Assembly: GCF_902652985.1 (NCBI RefSeq)
Contig: NC_047018.1
Coordinates: 13,454,001 to 13,518,000 of the forward strand
Direction: 5' to 3'
Length of the DNA: 64,000 nucleotides
Source of the DNA: Pecten maximus
Lineage: Eukaryota
Position numbers and translations under genes: made by a program. Shown here piece after piece: positions 52,701 to 64,000 of this stretch; position 1 is the stretch's first letter; every line of letters starts with the position of its first letter. The notes under the pieces are model-generated. The model did not search any database and was not told the DNA's origin. It worked only from the letters and a program-made list of their open reading frames with translations.

Positions 52701-55700
52701 AGATACACGTACTGTGTAACATACTACATACAGATACACATACTGTGTAACATACTACATACAGATACACGTACTGTGTAACATACTACATACAGATACA
52801 CGTACTGTGTAACATACTACATACAGATACACGTAATGTGTAACATACTACATACATATACACGTACTGTGTAACATACTACATACAGATACACGTACTG
52901 TGTAACATACTACATACATATACACGTACTGTGTAACATACTACATACAGATACACGTACTGTGTAACATACTACATACATATACACGTACTGTGTAACA
53001 TACTACATACAGATACACGTACTGTGTAACATACTACATACAGATACACGTACTGTGTAACATACTACATACAGATACACGTACTATGTAACATGCTACA
53101 TACAGATACACGTACTGTGTAACATACTACATACAGATATATACGTCAAACGTACTGTATAACATACTACATACAGATACACGTACTGTGTAACATACTA
53201 CATACAGATACACGTAATGTGTAACATACTACATACATATACACGTACTGTGTAACATACTACATACAGATACACGTAATGTACTGTGTAACATACTACA
53301 TACAGATACACCGTACTGTGTTAACTATCTACATACAGATACACGAATGACTGTGTAATATACCTACATACAGATACACGTACTAGTGTAACATACTACA
53401 TCCGATAACCGTAATGTGTAACATACTACATACAGATACTACGTATACTGTGTAACTACTACATACAGATCCACGTACGTGTAACAATAGCTACATACAT
53501 ATACACATACTGTGTAACATACTACATACAGATACACGTCCTGTGTAACATACTACATACAGATACACGTACTAGTGTTAACATACTAACATAGATACAC
53601 GTACTGTGTTAACATACTACATACAGATACCTAAGTGTCTGTGGGTAACTACTACATACAGATACACTATGTACTGTGTAAGCATACTACCATACAGATA
53701 CACGTAAGTACTGTGTAACATACTACATACAGATACCACGTGACTGGTGTACTACTACATACATACAGATACACGTAAAATGTACTGTGTAACATACTAC
53801 ATACAGATACACGTAATGTGTAACATACTACATACAGATACACGTACTGTGTAACATACTACATACAGATACACGTAAACGTACTGTGTAACATACTGCA
53901 TACAGATACACGTACTGTGTAACATACTACATACAGATATATACGTAAAACGTACTGTGTAACATACTACATACAGATACACGTACTGTGTAACATACTA
54001 CATACAGATACACGTAAAATGTACTGTGTAACATACTACATACAGATACACCTACTGTGTAACATACTACATACAGATACACGTACTGTGTAACATACTA
54101 CATACAGATACACGTAAAATGTACTGTGTAACATACTACATACAGATACACCTACTGTGTAACATACTACATACAGATACACGTAAAATGTACTGTGTAA
54201 CATACTACATACAGATACACGTACTGTGTAACATACTACATACAGATACACGTACTGTGTAACATACTACATACAGATACACGTACTGTGTAACATACTA
54301 CATACAGATACACGTAAAACGTACTGTGTAACGTACTACATACAGATACACGTAAATGTACTGTGTAACATACTACATACAGATACACGTACTGTGTAAC
54401 ATACTACATACTGATACACGTACTGTGTAATATACTACATACAGATACACGTAATGTGTAACATACTACATACAGATACACGTACTGTGTAACATACTAC
54501 ATACAGATACACGTAAATGTACTGTGTAACATACTACATACAGATACACGTACTGTGTAACATACTACATACAGATACACGTACTGTGTAACATACTACA
54601 TACAGATACACGTAAAATGTACTGTGTAACATACTACATACAGATACACGTAAAATGTACTGTGTAACATACTACATACAGATACACGTAAAACGTACTT
54701 TAACATACTACATACAGATACACGTACTGTGTAACATACTACATACAGATACACGTAAAATGTACTGTGTAACATACTACATACAGATACACGTAAAACG
54801 TACTTTAACATACTACATACAGATACACGTACTGTGTAACATACTACATACAGATACACGTAAAGTGTACTGTGTAACATACTACATACAGATACACGTA
54901 AAATGTACCGTGTAACATACTACATACAGATACACGTACTGTGTAACATACTACATACAGATACACGTACTGTGTAACATACTACATACAGATACACGTA
55001 AAATGTACCGTGTAACATACTACATACAAATACACGTAAAACGTACTGTGTAACATACTACATACAGATACACGTACTGTGTAACATGCTACATACAGAT
55101 ACACGTAAATGTACCGTGTAACATACTACATACAATACACGTAAAATGTACTGTAACATACTACATACAGATACACGTAAAACGTACTGTGTAACATACT
55201 ACATACAGATACACGTACTGTGTAACATGCTACATACAGATACACGTAAAATGTACCGTGTAACATACTACATACAAATACACGTAAAATGTACTGTAAC
55301 ATACTACATACAGATACACGTAAAACGTACCGTGTAACATACTACATACAGATACACGTACTGTGTAACATGCTACATACAGATACACGTAAAATGTACC
55401 GTGTAACATACTACATACAAATACACGTAAAATGTACTGTAACATACTACATACAGATACACGTAAAATGTTCTGTTTAACATACGACATACAGATACAC
55501 GTAAAATGTACTGTGTAACATACTACATACAGATACACGTACTGTGTAACATACTACATACAGATACACGTAAAACGTACTGTGTAACATACTACATACA
55601 GATACACGTAAAATGTACTGTGTAACATACTACATACAGATACACGTACTGTGTAACATACTACATACAGATACACGTACTGTGTAACATACTACATACA

Positions 55701-55827
55701 GATACACGTACTGTGTAACATACTACATACAGATACACGTAAATGTACTGTAACATACTACATACAGATACACGTAAAATGTACCGTGTAACATACTACA
55801 TACAGATACACGTAAAACGTACTGTGT
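49766..55827. repeat. ~6-kb 31-bp minisatellite (actacatacagatacacgtactgtgtaacat, with ~38-bp variants) in the CABIT-E intron
   Basis: Direct periodicity across the whole interval. Confidence 0.97.
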
Positions 55828-56470
55828 CGCATTCTACATTGTTTTCATTAACATTCTATATAAACGTTTGTCTTTAGTTCAAGCAGCATACAGTATTACG
55901 ATACGACGCCTTTACTTTAAGTAAATATTTGAAAACTGATCCATGCAGGTACAGCTTAATTTTACCGCACTTTAATAAAATGTCTACTAGTTTATGTAAC
56001 ATAATGATAGAAAATGAGGATATATATGTACTCAGATAATGACTTTTACTACACTTTATTTCACTTCGTCATCCTGTAACAGTCGACTCGAGTTTCCTCT
56101 TCATGTATACCACTAACTGATTACAATGAATCTGTCTGACCGAAGTGTGAATTCAATACATCTTTAAAACACTGGCGTTTTATCGGCTACCGTGTGTGTA
56201 TAATGTTACCGAGTTAATTGTTATAGGTAAAGTGTCGGTATGTCTTCTCCACAATGACCAGGGTAGAGAGCAAGGGTGTTCCGCTCTGTTTAGCAACAAC
56301 ATAGAATTAAAAAAGTCATTATATAACTGATAATTTTGTTTACTGAATTTTAAATCTTACCCACAACAACTTCAAGTTAATTGAGTAGCCCCAAGCAAAC
56401 TTACAAGAAAAATAATACTGTAGTGATGTTTTGTATTTTTTTTATTTCATTTACTTCAACTTTGACTGAT

Positions 56471-56556
56471 GCCGGTGTAACGTTGAAAATGGACCCTCCT
56501 TGAAAACTGACCTAGGGTCAATTTTCAACGGGGTCCATTTTAATCGTTACACCGGC
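56471..56556. mobile_element. 86-bp near-perfect palindrome (mini-MITE or hairpin)
   Basis: gccggtgtaacgttgaaaatggaccc pairs with gggtccattttaatcgttacaccggc, and pairing continues almost to the centre. Confidence 0.7.
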
Positions 56557-57417
56557 TATGATATGCATGTAACATATACATAGTGTCCGTTGATTAGAGA
56601 GTTAATGTTTTACCTTCAGCCCCAAGTTATTCAGTGTATATGTAAGTCACAAGTTAAAGTTTTAGTGCAAAATAATGTATGGAGAAAGAATCACTTCTAA
56701 TAACATTTAATACACAATATACAATTTCATCAAAATAAAACATATTCAAGCGGTTCTTCACTTATTTATTTCGAAAAAGAAATACTTAGCGAATTTAGAA
56801 GCTAAATAGCGTTATAAACTGTAGCATTTTCCCAAAACTTTTAAATATATTTAACTCTTAGATCTTGAAATTTGATACAGATAGTAAAAAGTGGAAATCC
56901 TCCTCCACATCAAGGGAGTTACATTGTTTAAAAATTCTTGTTTCTCTTGGAATGTTTATGTATCTTCCTGCTCAATGGCCAGGGAATAAGCCGTAATAAG
57001 AAATATTCTATATTTGACGTGTTCGAAAGGTTCTCACGGACGTCTCGTCATCAATGACACACACCCCGTATAACGCTGCCGAGTCTAAATAATTAAAATA
57101 TCTACCATAACTATTACCAACAAAGTCATGTAAAGTAGTTTTGGGAGTTAAGAGAACACGGGCACGAATCAGAAGTTAAATACATGTATGAATGTTTTAT
57201 TGTTATATATACTAGATAATATTGACTTAAAGATTGAACACAAAACGAATGGAAGGCGTCGTCAGCCAATCGATAGTATTTAAATGGGCTTGTTTCAATG
57301 TAAAGAATCCGTTCGAGTTGTTTCACCTAGCTTACCACCAAGGTATGTCTGGTTATTATATGGGAACGTTTTGTATCTAAATAAGTATTCATTCAGAATG
57401 TATAACCTTCGAACAAG

Positions 57418-57531
57418 TACAATTTTGAAAGAGTTTTGGAATTTTGCGATGTATATAGGGGTAGATACAACAAGGGTTAATACAATTTTGAAAGAGTTTT
57501 GGAATTTTGCGATGTAAATAGGGGTAGATAC
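57418..57531. repeat. 63-bp-period tandem duplication
   Basis: tacaattttgaaagagttttggaattttgcgatgta at 57418 and 57481. Confidence 0.88.
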
Positions 57532-57809
57532 ACCCAGGATTTTCTACCTGATCAGTTTCAATAAACGTTCACAAAATACAACATGACTTGTTCTTTTCCG
57601 AATGTGGGGGTGATTGACCCGTATGTACGAATTTTTGCTAGTGTTTATTACCGGATACACTTTGTTCTTCTTGAAACCATCGGCTATACCTGGCTTGGTC
57701 GTGATTTGTGAATAACTCGTCATACTTACCATTGATACCGCTAGGTATCATCGTTAGGAATAGGATTGTCATTAATCGAATAAGTGTGGTACCTTACATG
57801 TGTTGACAG

Positions 57810-58933
57810 GTTGGTTTTATATCATGAAGTCTGACGATTCACGACCAAAGCTCCACAAGACGGTAGCATCTCTAGCCGGAGAACCAGTTTCCAAGTTCTA
57901 TGTGGCCTCCAGCCTCAGCTACCTCGCTCTTTACGGGGAACCCGGGGATAAGAAACCTCAGACAGTGGACAGTAGACATATGGAGGCAGGGGAAATCCTA
58001 GAAGGCTCACAAACAGCTGGAACTGCAACTCTTAAAAAGGTGCTGAAAGTGAATACCGAAAACGTTCCAGGAGGACAATTTCTCATCTGTACAGATGAAA
58101 AGGATGATAAAATGATACTGCCTTTGTCAAAGAATGGTAAATTTTATAAATTAGCTGACGACACGGAAGAATCCGACGGACTGAGGAAGATAGCGGATAT
58201 AATATCAAAGAGAGACCAGTTTCCTTTCAAAATCAGACATGTCATTGGGGAGCTTCCCGCCTTATCCTCTAGTTATAGAAACGTTTTACAGTGTTTAGAT
58301 GTGATTGAGGAGGAAACGGTACTGGCGTCGACGCTAGACAAAATGACAATGATACCGCTAGAACTGCAGCTTGACTCTCCGTTTAAATTCAAGATGGGAT
58401 TAAATGAGATTCAGTTAAGAAAAACGAATAATTACGCCGAGGCTTTGCATATGTGTGAAACTGATGGGGAGGCTTACGTCAGAGGGATCAAAATAGCCTT
58501 CACTATTACTCCTGAAAGTCCTCTTATGGCTTCTACAACTTCTATCGAAAGTGATGGTAGCATGGTGTCCCTGTCAAAGCTATCAGATTCTTTAGAAAAT
58601 GACACTAAGACTGTGTCACTGCGAAGTGTTGAGGCTTCCGCATCAACACAAGAACGAGCATCATATGCAGAAACTGAGTCATCGTTAGATGATGTCCCGT
58701 CATATTATGACACCGGAAGTGAAATAGAAGAAGAAGATGCTCAGTCGGAGTTCATGTTTGAATGGGCGCCACCGGAAACAGTAAAACGTTTGTCATCCAA
58801 GAAAAAAACAGCTGTAAAGATACCAGTGCCTCCTAAAGTGTTTAACAGTTCGATCAATAAAATTAACAGCCCGAAATCCTCAGTAGAGGAAAATATAAAT
58901 GCTATATGGAATGAACAACCGGATGTAGTATAG
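57810..58933 (+). CDS. CABIT-E coding exon 2: rest of the CABIT domain and a Ser/acidic tail with a proline motif
   Basis: Acceptor ttgacag|gt completes IPEDYDG-WF. Signature FLICTDEKDDKMILPLSKNGKFYK and FPFKIRH. The tail contains KIPVPPK. Stop TAG at 58931-58933. The joined ORF is 1431 nt. Confidence 0.85.
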
Positions 58934-60299
58934 CTGACATGATTTCATCAATGACATCGTTGACTGATGTACTGCAACATTGCGTCTGTAATCTCAGTTA
59001 TTGTGAGTGTTGTCCCATTTTAGCTCATGACATTTCCTTTGAATTGCAATGGACAATGACATGTAAAACCACTAAATCCATGAATCGCTAATAATACTTA
59101 GAAACTGAATCATGTGTCGTTCTAACTTTGTCGAGGAGATCTGCAAGTTTATTTACGATTTCCTATCAGAATTCCTAATGAGTAATCATGTTCAATAACA
59201 GTCATGCACTTATTATCTTTCCCCAAAAAATTAAAGCGATATGTGACTGGACATTGTACCCGACCTCATGAGGACGTTAAAGGAGGTCATCGCCCAAACA
59301 AATTACAATTTTCTAATTTAATGACACAAAGTTCAAATTTCAGATTTTCTGCATCTGTTAAATTTCAAGTAACGCTGGGTTTCGAAAAAAAAACACGTGT
59401 AATTATATCAATATAGATAGAAATCCCTGACCGATCTAAATCGTCGAGGACGAGAAAACATGCAATTGAGGCTCCCAAATAAGGCTGTCCAATCCCAAAG
59501 TTCAGTGCGAAAGCTGGTTTCTGATGTTAAAAATGGCCGAACAAAAACGTGCTTGAAAGATAACCGTAATGGAGTCCACGACAGAACAAGAAAACTGATA
59601 TATGACACAAACAGTATCCCAATATATCTTTGAGAGGAAAGATAAATTTTGGAAATGTTATCAAACAAGAAACAGGCAAGCCTGCATCCTACTTGATACC
59701 GTGTACATACATGGTAAAGGTGGACGAGAGCACTTTTATACGGTATTACGGTATTGTCTTATGATCCGTAAATAAGTTGAATTATGGATATTCGAAAATA
59801 GCGACATTTCCCACTTTAGCTTGCCATCTTCATGTATCATTAACTTTATCTCAATAGGATCTTAATGAATGATGTCTGAATTTCTGTCAAAGCTAAATTA
59901 AACTTTCGGTCTTTGATAAATTGTTTTTGAAATGAAAAGAAAGTCTGATATCAATGTTAAGTATGCTTGAAGTAGATCTATATATATATTAGTCTCGCTT
60001 TCGATATTATCGCGTCTAGGGACTATTTGTCCTGGTCAAGTCTGTCCAGTAAAAACAATGGAAGTACATATAGGAATGGAACTCTGGAGGCAAAATGTAT
60101 TTATGTGTGAAATTTGATATTTTCTTGATATTCTATTTATACGTGGACGATGACCTGCTTTAAATATTATTAATAGCATGTGTATTGACAGACGAGGCGA
60201 GTACATATATAGTATGTGGACAGAGCGCCCTGTCAACAATCACAGACATGCCAAAGTGTAAAATAAATAAATACATAAATTAATATAACAGATTTGGCT

Positions 60300-60885
60300 T
60301 TAAGTGGCAATAAAGATGCTATTTTTCATAAGGCAAAAGAATGACCATTACGGTCAAATCTTCATGAAAATGCAACAAGTCACATAATGGCAAAAACAAC
60401 TGTTTTGTTAATATTTTTTAATATTATGTTCGAGAAAACATGATTAATTCTTCAGGTTAAAAGATTGGTACATGATGGCAAAAGGTTTTTTTCACCTTAA
60501 GGGAAACAAATGTTGTTTTTTATCGCTATTATGTACAATTTATTTCCCTTAGGTCAAAAAACCGTTTGCGATTATGTTCATACAATTGTATTGTCAAAAG
60601 TTGTTTGACCTTAAGGGAAATAAATTCTTGTTTGCCATTATTAACATTTCATTTATCCTTCAGGTAAAAAAAAAATTGACAATATGTACATAATGGCAAA
60701 AGTTTGTTTTTTTAACCTTAAGGTAAATATTAGTTTGCCATTATGTGACTGATCAAATTTATCTACATTGTATACTTTTAAAAGGTAAACAGATATAGAT
60801 AGCATTTGACGTTGAGGTAAAAAATAGATAATGGCAAAAAAATACACTGTACTTGCCATTAAGGTTAAATCATTTCCCCTTAAGT
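60300..60885. repeat. AT-rich degenerate repeat with units in both orientations (foldback-like)
   Basis: taatggcaaaa versus tttgccatta, and ccttaagggaaa versus ttccccttaag, recur in both orientations. Confidence 0.55.
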
Positions 60886-60898
60886 GTATGATTAGTGA

Positions 60899-61118
60899 AC
60901 AGGAGTGCGCAAAACGAGAATAAATCGTTTTATAGCAGTTAGTATTGTTATAAAACTTTGTATAACAATACTAATCCACGATAAGGCCACTACGTGGTTA
61001 CATATTATTGTAAACTTTCATAATTAAGCTATGTATCCATATGATAGTATCTTGTTGCTATAAAACGATTTATTCTAGCCTTACTTATCATTTCTATAAT
61101 GAAAAACCACACTCCTGT
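60899..61118. mobile_element. MITE-like element with nested inverted repeats
   Basis: acaggagtg/cactcctgt at the ends, a 21-bp perfect inverted pair at 60917-60937 and 61056-61076, and an internal hairpin tagtattgttata...tataacaatacta. Confidence 0.68.
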
Positions 61119-61839
61119 CAACAAGTATTTGTGGTCAACAACATAAGGACCATCGACTTAATTAACACCCACTAACATTCCGTGCAATATATATATATGT
61201 ATTTAAGTTTAATATACTTGCTTTGACTCCTTGGCGTGTATGCAATAAATGATATAACTAAATGTCCTTGTTTGATTTATTTGTAAGTTTGAGAACCAGA
61301 ATCTGGAAAGGAAATGTTATATATATATCCAATTATTACATTATTGAATAATGCCGATTTGTAATATATAACTATTCCACCTCCTCTACAAACTGATCTT
61401 GGGAAAGCAAGGTAATCATAATTATCTATCTTTAAGTCACCATGTGGTTTAATCCAGCACTCAGAAAGGCATCTTATATCTTTATTTAATTAGGTTTACA
61501 AAAATCTTTGTCCTCAAGTTTGTCAACGAGTCCTCGACAGACGTTCCATGAAAGTACCGAGAGTTCACCGTCCCCTTTGTGCTATCTAGGAGTATGGTTC
61601 GGAATAGTACCGTGGGGTGTGTTGGGACGTCGAGCCCCTCTCTGTGACAGGTTGTTCATGTATTGAACTTGCGGTTCGCCTTCAGATACTCACGGGTCGC
61701 GTTCGGGTGCTCGCGAGTCTCGTCTTGGTAATCTGAGGGTATTATCCGAGTGAAAATGACGTCTGTTGACTGTCGCCGTTACTGACGGCGTCATTGTATC
61801 CATTCCGAGGCTGTGTTGACTGTCTGTGCCTAATATAAC

Positions 61840-62170
61840 ATATTCCTCGTTTACCATGTATAACCGTCCGTTGATGTAAGGCTTGTCTCTTACTAAGCTG
61901 ACCTCGTCGCCCAACTGTTTGTGCTGTTTTAACACTGGTCTTTTCCTTCTATCCTCTACCACTGACGGAACATGCTCATGTATTTCGGAATTGGATCCCT
62001 TGAGCTTAAAAGGTTTCGTTTTACTTGTTTGCAACAATATTAATGGGACGATTTTTGCCGTGAACACGTCGATCGAAACTGTGTACATTGCCGAACACTA
62101 TCCTGTGGTCTATTCTGAGGTCTTCGAAAACAAAATCACGAAATATGGGTTCTGTATCCTCATTGTAGGC
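61840..62170 (-). mobile_element. Decayed LINE ORF1 fragment (L1/Tx1- or CR1-type RNA-binding region and C-terminal domain)
   Basis: Peptides EDTEPIFRDFVFEDLRI, FDRRVHGKNRPINIVA and LKGSNSEIHEHVPSVVEDRRKR...VSLVRDKPYINGRLY occur across frameshifts. Confidence 0.68.
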
Positions 62171-62735
62171 GTCAGTAAGTCAGTTAGGGATTCATAACTT
62201 CCACCATACTGGTTAGCATTAAAATCACCTTGTAAAATTAGTTCATTTCCTATGATGCTTATAATTATTCAGTGGAAACGTCATTTGGGACGTTGAAGCA
62301 TCACAGACAATTATCTCCTAGTGTCACGTGATTGTCCATCTGCACACGACATCACAGAGCATTCGGCTCAATAGGTACAAAATATTCTCAGAGTAATGGA
62401 CACTCGTGATATTAACAACCAGAGAATGAGAACATTAACAGTTGCGTGTCATCATTGCATAACTTTATACACGATTACTGCTCCAATCCTAAAACTATCT
62501 ATACTGTTGTGAAGTAAACCTTATATGTAATCTAACATTATCCAGCAAGACTTTGGCGTTATTACCAAGAGCACATTGATTATGATTGTATTGGTGACCT
62601 CAAAGGCCTGATGATACGGCAGAGAATCATTGTAGAACATACATGTAAAACCAAACAATGGGTTTCATATATTGAGTATATTTTATTATCAAAAGAATGA
62701 CATAATGATTGTACATAATGGCATGATCACAAATA

Positions 62736-62852
62736 CAAGAACTGACCAGGATCAGAACTTACCACAAGAACTGACCAGGATCACTAGAACTTACCACAAG
62801 AACTGACCAGGATCAGAACTTACCACAAGAACTGACCAGGATCATTAGAACT
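62736..62852. repeat. Short ~29-32-bp tandem repeat (caagaactgaccaggatcagaacttacca), 4 copies
   Basis: Direct periodicity. Confidence 0.88.
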
Positions 62853-64000
62853 AACAAGACTACTTGACCTCGCAACATAAAACCGATATCTCCAGAAGTT
62901 TATAACAAACAATAAATAAACAATGCCCCAATGTATTTGATACAGAATTGGAAAAAAAAGTTATGGTATATAATACTTACTACAAATGATCAAAGATATG
63001 ATCCACCACTTGGTACTAAATAAAAAAAACTGGGATTGGATTTCTAAGTTATTGTTATTTGTAATGTTTGCTGGCTAATTTGCATTATAAGCATACATAT
63101 TTTTAGTAGAAAGCCCTCTGTCAATGTTAAAATATACCATCGGTCATAATATCTAAGAAATTTCTTCTAAGTTACAAGTTTCCATGAAAGAAAAAAATAA
63201 TAATAAAACAAAATAAAAACAAATTCAGCACAAATTCAGCCAAGGATTATATGCAATGACCTGTATAGGATATCTATCATCTAGCTGTACTACAATGCAT
63301 GAAACTGAAAATGCAGGATGCTGGAATAAAGATGGATAGGTTTCCCATTCATATACCACATAAGGTACGTTTAAAATCAACAAATCTTTGTTCATGGCAA
63401 TTTTTAAACTGTATATTCTAAATAATATCACACTCTCATATCCTAAATATGATCGGAAGTTACCTCAAAAGATGGTTTATGGATCTAGAATGTATATGGA
63501 ATCAAATATCTTACAGATTAATGTATCTTTAGTGAAAAGACATCCTCCTGAAATTCTACTACTGAATAGACTTGGACCAGACAACGTACTACAAACATTA
63601 TTTTTGAGTGTTTGTTCATTAAGCATTAAGAAATGTGGCAAGCTGAGTTCCATCTCAATATAACGTAATGGCTTTTTATGAACAGGCTGAAAACTCGAGT
63701 TGAGACATGTACAGTTTTAATTTGCTAGAACACTTCATATTTTTACGATTGAGTATGCCCTATATATTCAAGTTCTTTATTGACTTTGAGTCTTCCGACT
63801 CATCAGTATCCTATACATACATAATATACAAATTTTACATAACATTGACAACAAAATCAACTTGATATACAAAATGTAGATCTATACTGAAGTCCAAATT
63901 GTTTAATACAATGCACACTAAATCGTAAAACACAAAGTCCTCTAGTAAAATCAAGACTCAACTTTCCGAGGGAATTCCAAACCTGTTGAAAATTTTAGGA

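Noticed and set aside
49767-55538. Multiple Tyr/Val/Cys-rich ORFs
   Set aside because: All are translations of the 31-bp satellite.
33744-58933. Assigning the symbols GAREM or THEMIS (and mth or ADGR for the receptors)
   Set aside because: Only family-level motifs are recognisable. Orthology needs a phylogeny, and no SAM or GAIN domain is seen.

Overview
Eukaryotic (animal) AT-rich genomic DNA. The repeat families and gene types suggest a bivalve mollusc, possibly a scallop (inference). Five intact protein-coding genes can be built with canonical GT-AG junctions, each with two coding exons. Three are paralogous class-B-type (Methuselah/adhesion-like, 7tm_2) GPCRs with Cys-rich ectodomains and no GAIN/GPS motif: GPCR-A (minus, 11629-10586 + 8594-6819, 939 aa), GPCR-B (plus, 13970-15019 + 15927-17699, 940 aa) and GPCR-C (plus, 23560-24564 + 24873-26573, 901 aa). 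Two are divergently oriented CABIT-domain (GAREM/THEMIS-like) adaptors: CABIT-D (minus, 37032-36702 + 34576-33744, 387 aa) and CABIT-E (plus, 49121-49427 + 57810-58933, 476 aa). About 30% of the window is tandem repeat (my tally of coordinates). The rest includes tRNA-derived SINEs, MITEs, Helentron-like elements, and decayed LINE and THAP fragments. The most interesting signal is in the GPCRs. A and B are a head-to-head pair with almost identical exons except sharply bounded variable islands. One island is a loop directly before a conserved Stachel-like motif (TSFAALFNF, and MSFTAILDF in C). This suggests, as a hypothesis only, a GAIN-independent tethered-agonist receptor family with diversified protease-bait loops.
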